Source: a virus (taxonomy: Duplodnaviria; Caudoviricetes). Taken from it: 39,698 bases of DNA. The notes under the pieces were generated by a model that was not told the DNA's origin, ran no database searches, and saw nothing but the letters and a program-made list of their open reading frames with translations. This document shows, piece after piece, positions 9,254 through 18,012 of this stretch. The position numbers were made by a program, and so were the translations under genes. The stretch covers positions 1 through 39,698 of IMG/VR virus record IMGVR_UViG_3300042110_000458. One strand, written 5' to 3'. How positions within the stretch are numbered: position 1 is the stretch's first letter; every line of letters starts with the position of its first letter.

Positions 9254-9641
9254 GATCGCAGTTGTTCGAGTCTCTTCGAAGGCGGGTCATGTGAGGGCCG
9301 TCCACATCCTCGAGACTCGTGATGACGGATGGGTCCGCGGGACACTCACTTCCGAGCCGCTTCCACGTTACGCAAACGGAGCCGGAGCGTGGTATTCTCC
9401 GAAGCATGTGATCACGATCGTTGAACAGACGCGTTCCCATGACTACAATGGAATCCAACCTGGAACTCTGGTGCAACACTATGACGGTCCTCCACGAATC
9501 CTGAAGGAGCGGAGGGGTGCGACCTACGTGATGCTTGATCCCCGGAATGGGGAGGAGTATGCCACAAGCTGGGAGGGTGTTGTGCCCGTCCCAGTCTTCG
9601 TGGATGAGATGAATGAGGAGACGAATGTCACACAAGAATGA
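9243..9641 (+). CDS. Hypothetical protein, paralog of 6868..7263
   Basis: Collinear shared motifs with 6868..7263. Confidence 0.7.
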   Translation: MFGKIAVVRVSSKAGHVRAVHILETRDDGWVRGTLTSEPLPRYANGAGAWYSPKHVITIVEQTRSHDYNGIQPGTLVQHYDGPPRILKERRGATYVMLDPRNGEEYATSWEGVVPVPVFVDEMNEETNVTQE

Positions 9642-9858
9642 GTTCGAAGACGATCCACCGACTGTCATCGACAGGCCCTCGAACTACCTCGTGGATCTGC
9701 CGAAAGTAGAGATACGTGTAGATCCTTACGAGGGTCTCAAGGCGAGGGTCGCTTCTTGGATAGTGAGAAACAGACACTGGCTTGACGAGTCATCGGGACT
9801 CGCAGGTGTTCTCCTCACAGCACTTCTCGCGTGGTTCATAACCCAAACCGTCAGGTGA
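9625..9858 (+). CDS. Small protein with C-terminal TM helix
   Basis: GAGGAG RBS; hydrophobic C-terminus. Confidence 0.55.
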   Translation: MSHKNEFEDDPPTVIDRPSNYLVDLPKVEIRVDPYEGLKARVASWIVRNRHWLDESSGLAGVLLTALLAWFITQTVR

Positions 9859-9861
9859 ATC

Positions 9862-10182
9862 ATGGAAACTTGGAACATTATCTGGTCCGTCTACCACGCT
9901 CTCATCCTCATCGCTTTCTTCCTGGGTGACTCGAAGTCTCGAGTTTTCTTCGTTTCGATGTCCCTCATGTCCCTCATGGGAGGTATTGCACTACTCACGA
10001 CAGGTCACTCGAGCTGGTTCCTCGGTCTCAACCTCGGCTACGTCGGCTGTCTCGTCCTCGCGGCCCTCGCGGCCTACGGCACTGCTCCTCCCGGCTCCGA
10101 GAGTGAGAAATCCAACTACATTGCAGCCGCGGCGACAATTCGTTTTGCGGTGACTCTTGCCTGCTGGTACATCGCAAAATAA
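9862..10182 (+). CDS. Integral membrane protein (about 4 TM)
   Basis: Four hydrophobic segments; AGGTG RBS. Confidence 0.65.
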   Translation: METWNIIWSVYHALILIAFFLGDSKSRVFFVSMSLMSLMGGIALLTTGHSSWFLGLNLGYVGCLVLAALAAYGTAPPGSESEKSNYIAAAATIRFAVTLACWYIAK

Positions 10183-10195
10183 TCGAACAAAGTGG

Positions 10196-10228
10196 TGTCC
10201 ACTGGGACCAGAGTGAATTAAAGGATCA
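10196..10228 (+). promoter_or_regulatory. Class A promoter motif
   Basis: TGTCC(10196)-N13-TGAATTA(10214)-AAGGATCA-AAGGAGG. Confidence 0.75.
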
Positions 10229-10241
10229 AAGGAGGAAGGAA

Positions 10242-10889
10242 ATGGTCCCATCTCAGGCTCTCAAGAACTCCACTGCCGATGACGTCGTCTTCCGTCGCGG
10301 AAGTCTCACCTACCAGCAGGTCCACGCATACGGCTGGCGCACCGAGCAGGAGTGTCGGTCCTACGCTCACGGTCGCTGGCACTCCGAGACCGGCAAGCGG
10401 GGCATCACCATCCGGAGCAGGAAGCTTTGGGATGCCGCCTCCAACGCCCTCAGGATCTCCTCCAGCACTGAGATCGACGGCTCCCTCTGGAAGGTGAGCT
10501 GCACCACCTACGACGGGCTCAAGAACGGCGAGATTCCGAAGCCAGGCAAGGCCCACTACTACGGTCACCTCTTCGAGGCCAAGTCCTCCCTTGAGACACT
10601 CGGCTACGTCATCGCCCCGGACGAGACGAGGGCAAAGATGGCGGCGATGGTAACTCTCGGCCCTCGTGCCCACTCCTCCTCGGTCGCCCTCGAACGTGTC
10701 GGAGTGTCTGACTGGGACCGAGTGAAGGCTCTCAACCGTGCACTTCGTGAAAGCTACATGAAGATGATCGAGCAGGCACGTATGACCCTCCAGCACAAGC
10801 TTTGGGAGATCGAACAGGCCGAGTGCCAGGTGAGCTTCCTCGAGGTCGAGGCGACTTTCGACTCTGTCCCGATGACGGAAGCGAAGTGA
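10242..10889 (+). CDS. Hypothetical protein
   Basis: Strong RBS after class A motif. Confidence 0.7.
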   Translation: MVPSQALKNSTADDVVFRRGSLTYQQVHAYGWRTEQECRSYAHGRWHSETGKRGITIRSRKLWDAASNALRISSSTEIDGSLWKVSCTTYDGLKNGEIPKPGKAHYYGHLFEAKSSLETLGYVIAPDETRAKMAAMVTLGPRAHSSSVALERVGVSDWDRVKALNRALRESYMKMIEQARMTLQHKLWEIEQAECQVSFLEVEATFDSVPMTEAK

Positions 10890-11089
10890 GCGAGAAGCAC
10901 CTACCTGTTCCCGGAGAGATCAGGAAGTGGCACTACACTCACTATCCTTCTCTCTTGGACAAGGTCGACGGAGACGTCTTCACAGTTGTCGGTGTCGAAG
11001 GTGTCAGGGTTGACGTGCTGCACAACAGCGGAAAGACTGAAGGCTACTACCTCGACTGGCTTGTCGAGAACTCAGTCGTTATTTCATGA
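10886..11089 (+). CDS. Small SH3-like hypothetical protein
   Basis: GTGA coupling; PVPGEIRKW...FTVVG...VDVL...WL.ENS. Confidence 0.55.
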   Translation: MSEKHLPVPGEIRKWHYTHYPSLLDKVDGDVFTVVGVEGVRVDVLHNSGKTEGYYLDWLVENSVVIS

Positions 11090-11144
11090 TAAGAGCTTTG
11101 TATTTTACTACACGCGCGAATAAGATGATCCCAGAGGGTCAGCG

Positions 11145-13004
11145 ATGAAGTCTGTCGAAGAAAAGTACCGGAAGCTTTCCGACATTGAGCACGTGCTCCT
11201 CCGTCCTGGTATGTATGTCGGCTCAGTGAAGCCGCGTGAGGATGAGGTCCACCTCCTCGGCGAGAGCGGGAAGTTCGAGAAGAGGAAGGTGACGTACAAT
11301 CCCGCCTTCCTGAAGGTCTTTGACGAGATTGTCTCGAACTCTGTTGACGAGCACCGTCGCAATCCGAAACTTGACGAGGTGAAGGTCACTGTCGATCAAG
11401 AGAACGGTGTCGTCACTGTCTGGGACAACGGTGGGATCCCGGTCGTGAAGCACTCTGAGTACGATGAATGGGTCCCGGAGATGATCTTCTCGAGCCTGAA
11501 AGCGGGATCGAACTTCAACGATGACGAGGAACGGCTTGTGGCCGGCACGAACGGCGTGGGCTCGACTCTCACGAACATCTTCTCCACGAAGTTTCGAATC
11601 CGCACAGCAGACAGGAAGAATGCCTTCCAGCAGACTTTCTCGAACAACATGCGTGAGAGGACCGAAGCGAAGATCGTGAAGTGGAAGGAGGGTTTCACAG
11701 AGATCCAGTTCCAACCCGACCTTCCCCGCTTTGGAATGGAGTCCATCGACACTGAGCACGTCGAGATGATGCGTCGACGGTGCATGGACCTCGCCGCGTG
11801 TAACCCGAAGCTGAAGATGACTTTCAACGGGACCGAGTACAGGTTCCCGAAGTTCAGTGAGTACTGCTCACTCTATGCAGAGAGTATCATCTATGAGGAG
11901 ACAGACCGCTGGAAGATCGGGATTGCTCCCTCCGACGGTTCTTTCACACAGGTCTCTTTCGTGAACTCCGTTGAGACCCGTGACGGAGGGACCCACGTCG
12001 ACTATGTCGTGGGGCAGGTTGTCGAGTGGCTCCGAGAGAAGGTTCGGAAGAAGCACAAGATCGATCTCCGGCCCGGTGAGCTTCGCAATCACTTCTTCAT
12101 GATGGTCCAGTCCGACATTGTCAACCCAGCGTTCTCCTCCCAGACGAAGGAGAAGCTCATCACTGAGTCCCGTGACTTCGGTTCCAAGTTCGAGATCTCT
12201 GACAAGACTCTCAAGGCGGTCCTCGCATCTGAAGTCGTCCAACGGATCCTCGACTGGGCCCAGCAGAAGGCCCTCGCCGACGAACGACGCCAGCTCCGTG
12301 AGCTCAACAAGAGCATTGCGAAGGGCAAGGTCTTGAAGCTCATCGACGCGAAGGCCCGTGTCGATCGGAACTCCTGCACTCTCAGCCTCTTCGAGGGAGA
12401 TTCCGCTTCCTCCGCCTTCCGCAAGTACCGCGACCCGATGAACCAGGGCGCCTTCCCGCTCCGGGGCAAGTTCATCAACGTCACGGAGCTCCCCAACACC
12501 CGGGTCATCCAGAACCAGGAGGTGAAGGACCTCCTCACTGCGATCGGCCTGAAGATGGGGGAGGAGCCCAAGGAGCTCCGCTACGGTAAGGTCCTCATCT
12601 ACTCTGATGCAGATCCCGACGGTGACTCCATCGCCGGACTCCTGATGAACTTCTTCGGTCGATACTGGCCTGAGCTCTTCGACCAGGGCCGGATCTGCCG
12701 GGTGATGACCCCCCTCGTGGTCGCGAAGAAGGGTGGTGAGACCCTATCCTTCTACTCCAACGCCGACTTCGAGGAGTGGATGGGAAAGGTCCGAGACCCG
12801 AAGAAGTGGGACATCGCCTACAAGAAGGGGCTCGCCGCCCTGGAGGACGCCGAGTACAAGGAGATCATCCAGAACCCGAAGATGTTCTCCATCGCCGGCG
12901 GCAAGGAGCTGAAGACGACACTCGACACCTGGTTCGCCGGTGATTCTGCTCCCCGAAAGGCAAAGATCATGGGCGGTGAAGAGGAAGCCGAATCGAGAGA
13001 ATAG
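11145..13004 (+). CDS. Type IIA DNA topoisomerase large subunit (ATPase + TOPRIM; T4 gp39+gp60 / GyrB-like)
   Basis: EHVLLRPGMYVGS, EIVSNSVDE, GTNGVG, EGDSA, PLRGK, DADPDG and KGL motifs. Confidence 0.95.
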   Translation: MKSVEEKYRKLSDIEHVLLRPGMYVGSVKPREDEVHLLGESGKFEKRKVTYNPAFLKVFDEIVSNSVDEHRRNPKLDEVKVTVDQENGVVTVWDNGGIPVVKHSEYDEWVPEMIFSSLKAGSNFNDDEERLVAGTNGVGSTLTNIFSTKFRIRTADRKNAFQQTFSNNMRERTEAKIVKWKEGFTEIQFQPDLPRFGMESIDTEHVEMMRRRCMDLAACNPKLKMTFNGTEYRFPKFSEYCSLYAESIIYEETDRWKIGIAPSDGSFTQVSFVNSVETRDGGTHVDYVVGQVVEWLREKVRKKHKIDLRPGELRNHFFMMVQSDIVNPAFSSQTKEKLITESRDFGSKFEISDKTLKAVLASEVVQRILDWAQQKALADERRQLRELNKSIAKGKVLKLIDAKARVDRNSCTLSLFEGDSASSAFRKYRDPMNQGAFPLRGKFINVTELPNTRVIQNQEVKDLLTAIGLKMGEEPKELRYGKVLIYSDADPDGDSIAGLLMNFFGRYWPELFDQGRICRVMTPLVVAKKGGETLSFYSNADFEEWMGKVRDPKKWDIAYKKGLAALEDAEYKEIIQNPKMFSIAGGKELKTTLDTWFAGDSAPRKAKIMGGEEEAESRE

Positions 13005-13020
13005 TTACTCCCATGAAGTC
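12997..13020 (+). repeat. 24-bp direct repeat, copy 1 (GAGAATAGTTACTCCCATGAAGTC)
   Basis: Identical to 15008..15031; contains upstream TAG stop, ATAGTTA motif and next ATG. Confidence 0.9.
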
Positions 13021-13429
13021 CGACAAGATGCTACGCTCTCTCATCCGCGAGATGAGTAAATTTGTGCTTGGCACAGGTGAAACATACCCTCTCAAAGACG
13101 GCGTTGTTCTCGTCAATAAGCGCCATCCGGCCTCGACTGATGACGAGGCGTGGGACATTGAAAGCGAAGGAAGGAAGATCGGATACATCACAGTGTACTT
13201 CTACAGCAAGGAAGGTCCCAGCATAGGCGACATCCAGCTGTATGACAAGAGGGGACTGGGGATCGGGCGTGCAGCTATCCTGACCCTCCTGAAGAAGTAT
13301 GGTAAAATTGGGTCGGACCCCCAGGGCGCCACTTCAGATGATGCGCACAGAATGTGGGCGTCACTTGGGGCTACCAAAGTCCCAACCAACAAGAACACGA
13401 AAGGTTGGCGATGGGAACTTCAAAGCTAA
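13013..13429 (+). CDS. GNAT-family acetyltransferase with LRSLIRE leader
   Basis: IGYI...IGDIQL..KRGLGIG (acetyl-CoA motif A)...S..A..MW..LG. Confidence 0.7.
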   Translation: MKSDKMLRSLIREMSKFVLGTGETYPLKDGVVLVNKRHPASTDDEAWDIESEGRKIGYITVYFYSKEGPSIGDIQLYDKRGLGIGRAAILTLLKKYGKIGSDPQGATSDDAHRMWASLGATKVPTNKNTKGWRWELQS

Positions 13430-15015
13430 GAGGGCCCGATGGGAAAGTTTGTGAGTCACTAGTGAGGACTCTCGTTCGTGAGGTCCTCGCTGAGGACGCC
13501 TACAAGGAGAGAACCGGCAAGCGATTCACCGCTGACATTGACAAAATCCGAGACAACCTCGAGAAGAAGGGTTACTTTCTGCACTTCTCGGATGTCCCAA
13601 AGATTGGCGTCAACCCAAAATCGCCCTATCTTCCCGGAAGCTACTTCTATCCCAACATCAAGGAAATCTATGAAGGTTTCGTGAAGGATGTCGTAGGCAC
13701 CCATCGAGGCGCGGGGCGAGCCTCGAGGTACGTCTTTCTCGTGCGTCTCAAGGACGGATTGAATATCGTCGAGGGCAGTGAGATCCTGGAGCGCGCTCAC
13801 GAGACCCTCCGCAGTATCGCGAAGCCCCTTCTTGATCTCGATATAGACGAAGGCCCGCGGCGAGGCCGTGAGAAAACTTTCATGCAGGCGCTCGACCTTT
13901 ACCACCGGAACATGTCTGGTTCTTCGGTGAACATCGAGCGCTTCACATCAGCAGATCAACTCCGAGAAAGAGGTTTACTAGACAAAGTCTATGACAATTA
14001 CAGGGAGCTTGCTAAGATCTATCACGACTTTGTCAAGCGTCCGAGAATGTCTGCTGCACAGAAAGAAGATTTCTTGAAGGCGTTCAATGGCAGGTTGAAG
14101 AAATACCTCGAGAGGTTCGGTGGCCACCTCGGGAAGTTATCACAACCGCTCAGTGATCTCGAGCCAAGCAGCGTGAAAGATTTCATCTCCAAGATGCAGC
14201 TTGCGATGCATCCGCTCAAGCCCAGCCCAGACGGAACGCTTCAGCTGAGTGATGCGGATATAGACACGGGATTGAAAGAGATAGGTAAGACCTTCTCGCA
14301 GCCGTCTTACAACCAGTACGGTATCAGCATACCCAACTACAGCTATCTCATCCTCGCTGCGACAATCGCCTCCAACGGAATGGCTGCGATGGTGAAGTCA
14401 TACGCAGATTACATCACTGCTTCGAGTCTTCAGAATGCGATTCCTTTCATGCGGTGGCTACTTGATGACCGATCAATAGACCTGCATCTTCGCTCAGGTG
14501 AGACTGTCTCATTGAGAGAAGTGAAAGCGCAGTGTCTCAAGAGACTTGAGGACACAATGGGCAAGAATTTTAGGCGCCTGATGGAGTTTGGGAAGAAAGG
14601 CGACCAGGTAGGTGTGAGCATTCTGCTCGTGATGGGAAGTGGAGACGTTGATGGCGTCAATGACACTGGACACTCCGGACAGCGGCACAACATCGTCTGG
14701 GGGCACGGTGGCATTCTAGGGAAGTATGAGGGCGCCCAGCTCTTCCTGAGTGCTCCTGTCTCAGAAAAGATTGAGATTGTCACAATGATCGACAGGTATG
14801 AGGGCAAGCCTGTGTCCTGGGATCCGCCAGGATCTCACACTCCCGACCAGGAGCAGGGTTCCGGTGAGGAGAAGGAGGACCTACGTGTTCAATCACTCCA
14901 GTCGAGGCTCTCTAGAAAAGTTCCTGCGGAATACGATGACAAGGATCTCTGGGGGAGGCCTGTCAAGAAGACATTCATGAAGCGCATCCCTCGAGAGCGG
15001 TACTCGGGAGAATAG
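13411..15015 (+). CDS. Large hypothetical protein with LVRTLVRE leader; possible split ADP-ribosyltransferase-like fold
   Basis: FLHFS..KIGVNP.S...GSYFYP...YVFLV near N-terminus; DGVND.G...EGAQLF near C-terminus; helical middle; start uncertain. Confidence 0.6.
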   Translation: MGTSKLRGPDGKVCESLVRTLVREVLAEDAYKERTGKRFTADIDKIRDNLEKKGYFLHFSDVPKIGVNPKSPYLPGSYFYPNIKEIYEGFVKDVVGTHRGAGRASRYVFLVRLKDGLNIVEGSEILERAHETLRSIAKPLLDLDIDEGPRRGREKTFMQALDLYHRNMSGSSVNIERFTSADQLRERGLLDKVYDNYRELAKIYHDFVKRPRMSAAQKEDFLKAFNGRLKKYLERFGGHLGKLSQPLSDLEPSSVKDFISKMQLAMHPLKPSPDGTLQLSDADIDTGLKEIGKTFSQPSYNQYGISIPNYSYLILAATIASNGMAAMVKSYADYITASSLQNAIPFMRWLLDDRSIDLHLRSGETVSLREVKAQCLKRLEDTMGKNFRRLMEFGKKGDQVGVSILLVMGSGDVDGVNDTGHSGQRHNIVWGHGGILGKYEGAQLFLSAPVSEKIEIVTMIDRYEGKPVSWDPPGSHTPDQEQGSGEEKEDLRVQSLQSRLSRKVPAEYDDKDLWGRPVKKTFMKRIPRERYSGE

Positions 15016-15031
15016 TTACTCCCATGAAGTC
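15008..15031 (+). repeat. 24-bp direct repeat, copy 2
   Basis: Identical to 12997..13020. Confidence 0.9.
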
Positions 15032-15671
15032 TGAAACGTTGGTACGTTCACTCATCCGTGAGATGATGGGACCATTTGACTCATACGCTTTCTCTGATGA
15101 GAGACAAAATCTTCCAAACCCTCCTCCACCAGAGCCCAACAACGCTAAAGAAACGGAAGTCCTTGAAAAAATACTTTCGGTGATCAATGAAGAAGAGAAG
15201 CTGGACGCGGAAACAGCAAGCATTCTCAAAGGAATCCTGAGAGGTGGTTTGTATCGAGATTTCTTGAGGGCGCCAGACAATCCTGCGGTGTTCAGAGGAA
15301 TGTCAGTTTATCCCAGTGAACTGCGCCAGATGGGAATAGACCAGTTTCCGAGATCAGGTGAAAAGCTAACTGTGACGGGAAACTTCTTGTTCATTCCCAG
15401 AGAGGGCTTGTCATCGTCGTGGACAACGAACAGGAGAATCGCAGGCCTGTTTAGCAGGTTTAGGCCGGCTGCGGGTGAAAGGAAGTCTTCAAAAATTGAA
15501 GTCTTGATGACGGCAAGCGTTCAAAGCAATCACGGCAGACTACTTGCTCTTTCCCCCTTTTACCCGATGATGTTCTCGTATGGATATGAGGAAGAAGATG
15601 AGGTCATGGGACTGGGCGAGATAAATTTCGAAAGAGTTGAGATGAAAAGGGGCGAGGATGCAGAGGGATAG
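15024..15671 (+). CDS. Putative ADP-ribosyltransferase (R-S-E clade) with LVRSLIRE leader
   Basis: VFRGM...SSSWTT...IA..F...EDEV in the order of the R / S-x-T / E-x-E triad. Confidence 0.62.
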   Translation: MKSETLVRSLIREMMGPFDSYAFSDERQNLPNPPPPEPNNAKETEVLEKILSVINEEEKLDAETASILKGILRGGLYRDFLRAPDNPAVFRGMSVYPSELRQMGIDQFPRSGEKLTVTGNFLFIPREGLSSSWTTNRRIAGLFSRFRPAAGERKSSKIEVLMTASVQSNHGRLLALSPFYPMMFSYGYEEEDEVMGLGEINFERVEMKRGEDAEG

Positions 15672-16179
15672 TCTATTGCGGGGGCTCATCCGCGAGATGT
15701 GCAAGAAGCCCAAGTACTGGGGTCGAGGCGGAGCAGGCATCATGTTCCGCTGTCCCGAGGATGACACGGTGCTCCTTCTCCTCCGAGCTGATTGGGTCGA
15801 CCAGGGCGGTACGTGGGGAATCCCTGGTGGCGGTGTCGAGGAAGGGTGGTTCGAGACGCCCATCGAAGAGCCAATCTATGACCCCTCAATATTCCAGAGG
15901 GCAGCGTTCCGTGAGGCTGTCGAGGAGTGCGGATCGCTGCCTCCCGGATTCTCATCGTCACAGGTCACTGGTAGGACAGTCTACGAAGACTGCGGTTTCC
16001 AGTACATTACTCTCATCGCAGACATCACGCTGGAGCAGAAGGAGAGATGGAGACTGGCGTCCAACGACGGAGAGACGGACGACTTCCAATGGGTCCCGAG
16101 GTCGAAGTTAGGGGCTGGTGCTAGCTTCATGGGCAGGAGACTCCACTTCGGCGTCGAGTACACTCTCTCAAGAATGTGA
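15658..16179 (+). CDS. Nudix hydrolase with LRGLIRE leader
   Basis: GAGI...VLLLLR...GTWGIPGGGVE...AAFREAVEECG...E.DDFQW. Confidence 0.88.
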   Translation: MQRDSLLRGLIREMCKKPKYWGRGGAGIMFRCPEDDTVLLLLRADWVDQGGTWGIPGGGVEEGWFETPIEEPIYDPSIFQRAAFREAVEECGSLPPGFSSSQVTGRTVYEDCGFQYITLIADITLEQKERWRLASNDGETDDFQWVPRSKLGAGASFMGRRLHFGVEYTLSRM

Positions 16180-16197
16180 TGTTCATTCTCACCTCTC

Positions 16198-16220
16198 TGT
16201 ATTATAATGATTCAGGAGGT
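16198..16220 (+). promoter_or_regulatory. Sigma70-like -10 (TATAAT) and AGGAGG RBS for topoisomerase medium subunit
   Basis: TGTATTATAATGATTCAGGAGGT upstream of ATG 16222. Confidence 0.45.
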
Positions 16221-16221
16221 C

Positions 16222-17586
16222 ATGTTGGAAGCAGTTCCGGTCCGTCAGGTCGAGGACTTCTTTGATAACGAGTACAAAGGGTACGCGGTCTACACGATCG
16301 AGAACCGCGCAATCCCGTCCGCTGTCGACGGTTTCAAGCCCTCCCAGCGGAAGATTGCTTACGCCGCGAATCGTCTCTGGAAGACCGGTAACGAGAAGCC
16401 CCTGAAGGTCTTCCAACTCGGTGGCCAGGCTGCGGCGATGTCGTTCTTCCACCACGGCTCCCTCGATGGCACCATCATCGGAATGGCCCAGGACTTCAAG
16501 AACTCGATGCCCATCTTCCAGGGCATCGGTCAGTTCGGCTCCCTCCGGTCCCCCGAGCCCGGCGCTCCTCGATACATCGGCGTGAAGTTCAACGAGAACT
16601 TCCGACTCCTCTACAAGGACTTCGAGCTTGTCACTCCGCAGTACGAGGAGGGTGAAGAGATCGAACCCCGGTTCTTCCTCCCGATCATCCCGACCGTCCT
16701 CCTCAATGGGAGCTCAGGAATCGCTGTCGGCTTCTCGACGAACATCCTGAACCGGCACCCGTTGGACCTCATCGACGCCTGCCTCAACGCTCTGGACGGG
16801 AAGCCCGTCCCGGTCCTCCGTCCCTGGGTCCGGGGTTTCTTCGGTGACATCGAACCCGTTGTCGGTGCACCGAGGTCCTGGGTCTTCCGCGGAAAGTGGG
16901 AGGTGAAGAACACCTCGACAGTCGAGATCACAGAGATCCCACCCTCTTTCACCTACGAGAAGTACGAGCAGCACCTCGACGGTCTCGTGGAGAAGGGCAT
17001 CCTCGCTTCCTACGACGATCACTCTTCCGACAGGGTCCACTACATCCTCCGGTTTCCGAGGGCGACGCTCGCGGAGATCATGAAGAAGGATCGACTCGGT
17101 GACCTCCTGAAGATGAGGGAACAGGAGGGGGAGAACCTCACCACCCTTGACGAGACGGGCAAGCTTCGGATATTCGAGAGGGCCGAAGAGATCGTCACCT
17201 ACTTCGTGGACCTCCGTCTCAGCTACTACGGGAAGCGGAAGGCCCACCTCCTCGCTGAGCTGAAGAAGGAACTGGACGTCCTCAACGCTCGGATGAACTT
17301 TGTCGACGCAGTCGTCCAGGGACGGATCGCGGTAGTCAACGAGAAGAAGCCCGACATCCTGAAGTCCATCGAGGCCGAGGGGATCCCAAAGGTCGATGGA
17401 TCCCACGACTTCCTCCTCAGTATGCCCATCTGGTCCCTCACCTTCGAGAAGTTCGTAGAGCTCCAGAAGAAGGTCGACCAGAAGAAGAAGGAGAAGGAGA
17501 AGGTCGAGAAGACGAGGCCTGAGGACTTCTACCGACAGGACCTCAAGGAACTCCGCTCGCAGGTTGAGAAGAGCCATGCCCGGTGA
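16222..17586 (+). CDS. Type IIA DNA topoisomerase medium subunit (T4 gp52 / GyrA-like)
   Basis: RAIP..VDGFKPSQRK, HHG, GAPRYI (catalytic Tyr), LLNG..GIAVGF.T; start 16222 or 16207. Confidence 0.95.
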   Translation: MLEAVPVRQVEDFFDNEYKGYAVYTIENRAIPSAVDGFKPSQRKIAYAANRLWKTGNEKPLKVFQLGGQAAAMSFFHHGSLDGTIIGMAQDFKNSMPIFQGIGQFGSLRSPEPGAPRYIGVKFNENFRLLYKDFELVTPQYEEGEEIEPRFFLPIIPTVLLNGSSGIAVGFSTNILNRHPLDLIDACLNALDGKPVPVLRPWVRGFFGDIEPVVGAPRSWVFRGKWEVKNTSTVEITEIPPSFTYEKYEQHLDGLVEKGILASYDDHSSDRVHYILRFPRATLAEIMKKDRLGDLLKMREQEGENLTTLDETGKLRIFERAEEIVTYFVDLRLSYYGKRKAHLLAELKKELDVLNARMNFVDAVVQGRIAVVNEKKPDILKSIEAEGIPKVDGSHDFLLSMPIWSLTFEKFVELQKKVDQKKKEKEKVEKTRPEDFYRQDLKELRSQVEKSHAR

Positions 17587-17818
17587 GCTCCTCTGGGTCC
17601 GGAGAGACGGCAAGGAGTATCGGAAAGGAGACCTCGTCAGGCTCGAGCACGATGAGGACTTCGCGACATGGAACGACCTCTGGACTGAGAGACACGGAGT
17701 CGTGGTCGGCACCATCGTCTATGAGGGACTCGAGCCCCTGAAGGACACGCTTGCCGAGGTACTCGTGGACGGCAGGGTCGTCGCTTTCGAGTGGGAAGAC
17801 CTCGAGGTCGACCTGTGA
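17576..17818 (+). CDS. Small KOW/SH3-like protein
   Basis: YRKGDLVRL...HGVVVG...EVLVDG...EDLEV. Confidence 0.65.
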   Translation: MPGELLWVRRDGKEYRKGDLVRLEHDEDFATWNDLWTERHGVVVGTIVYEGLEPLKDTLAEVLVDGRVVAFEWEDLEVDL

Positions 17819-18012
17819 AGAAGGGTGACCTGGTGCGGGTTGTCCACAACATCACTACCCCCTACGTGGAGCCTGGTACTATCGGCACCGTTATCTTGGA
17901 TCACCCGAGGATCATGGTCGAAGACGGCCTCGAAATGATCTTCGTTTTCGCAGACGGAAAGCAGTTCCTCGAGTACTGCAAGAACCTGGAGCTCGTCGAT
18001 GCGCAGGACTGA
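17815..18012 (+). CDS. Small KOW/SH3-like protein
   Basis: KKGDLVRV...GTIGTVI...VFADG...NLELV; GTGA coupling. Confidence 0.65.
   Translation: MKKGDLVRVVHNITTPYVEPGTIGTVILDHPRIMVEDGLEMIFVFADGKQFLEYCKNLELVDAQD

Noticed and set aside
11145-17586. Intron, intein or ribosomal bypass in the topoisomerase genes
   Set aside because: Both ORFs are continuous and of normal length; the intervening block lies between genes, not within one
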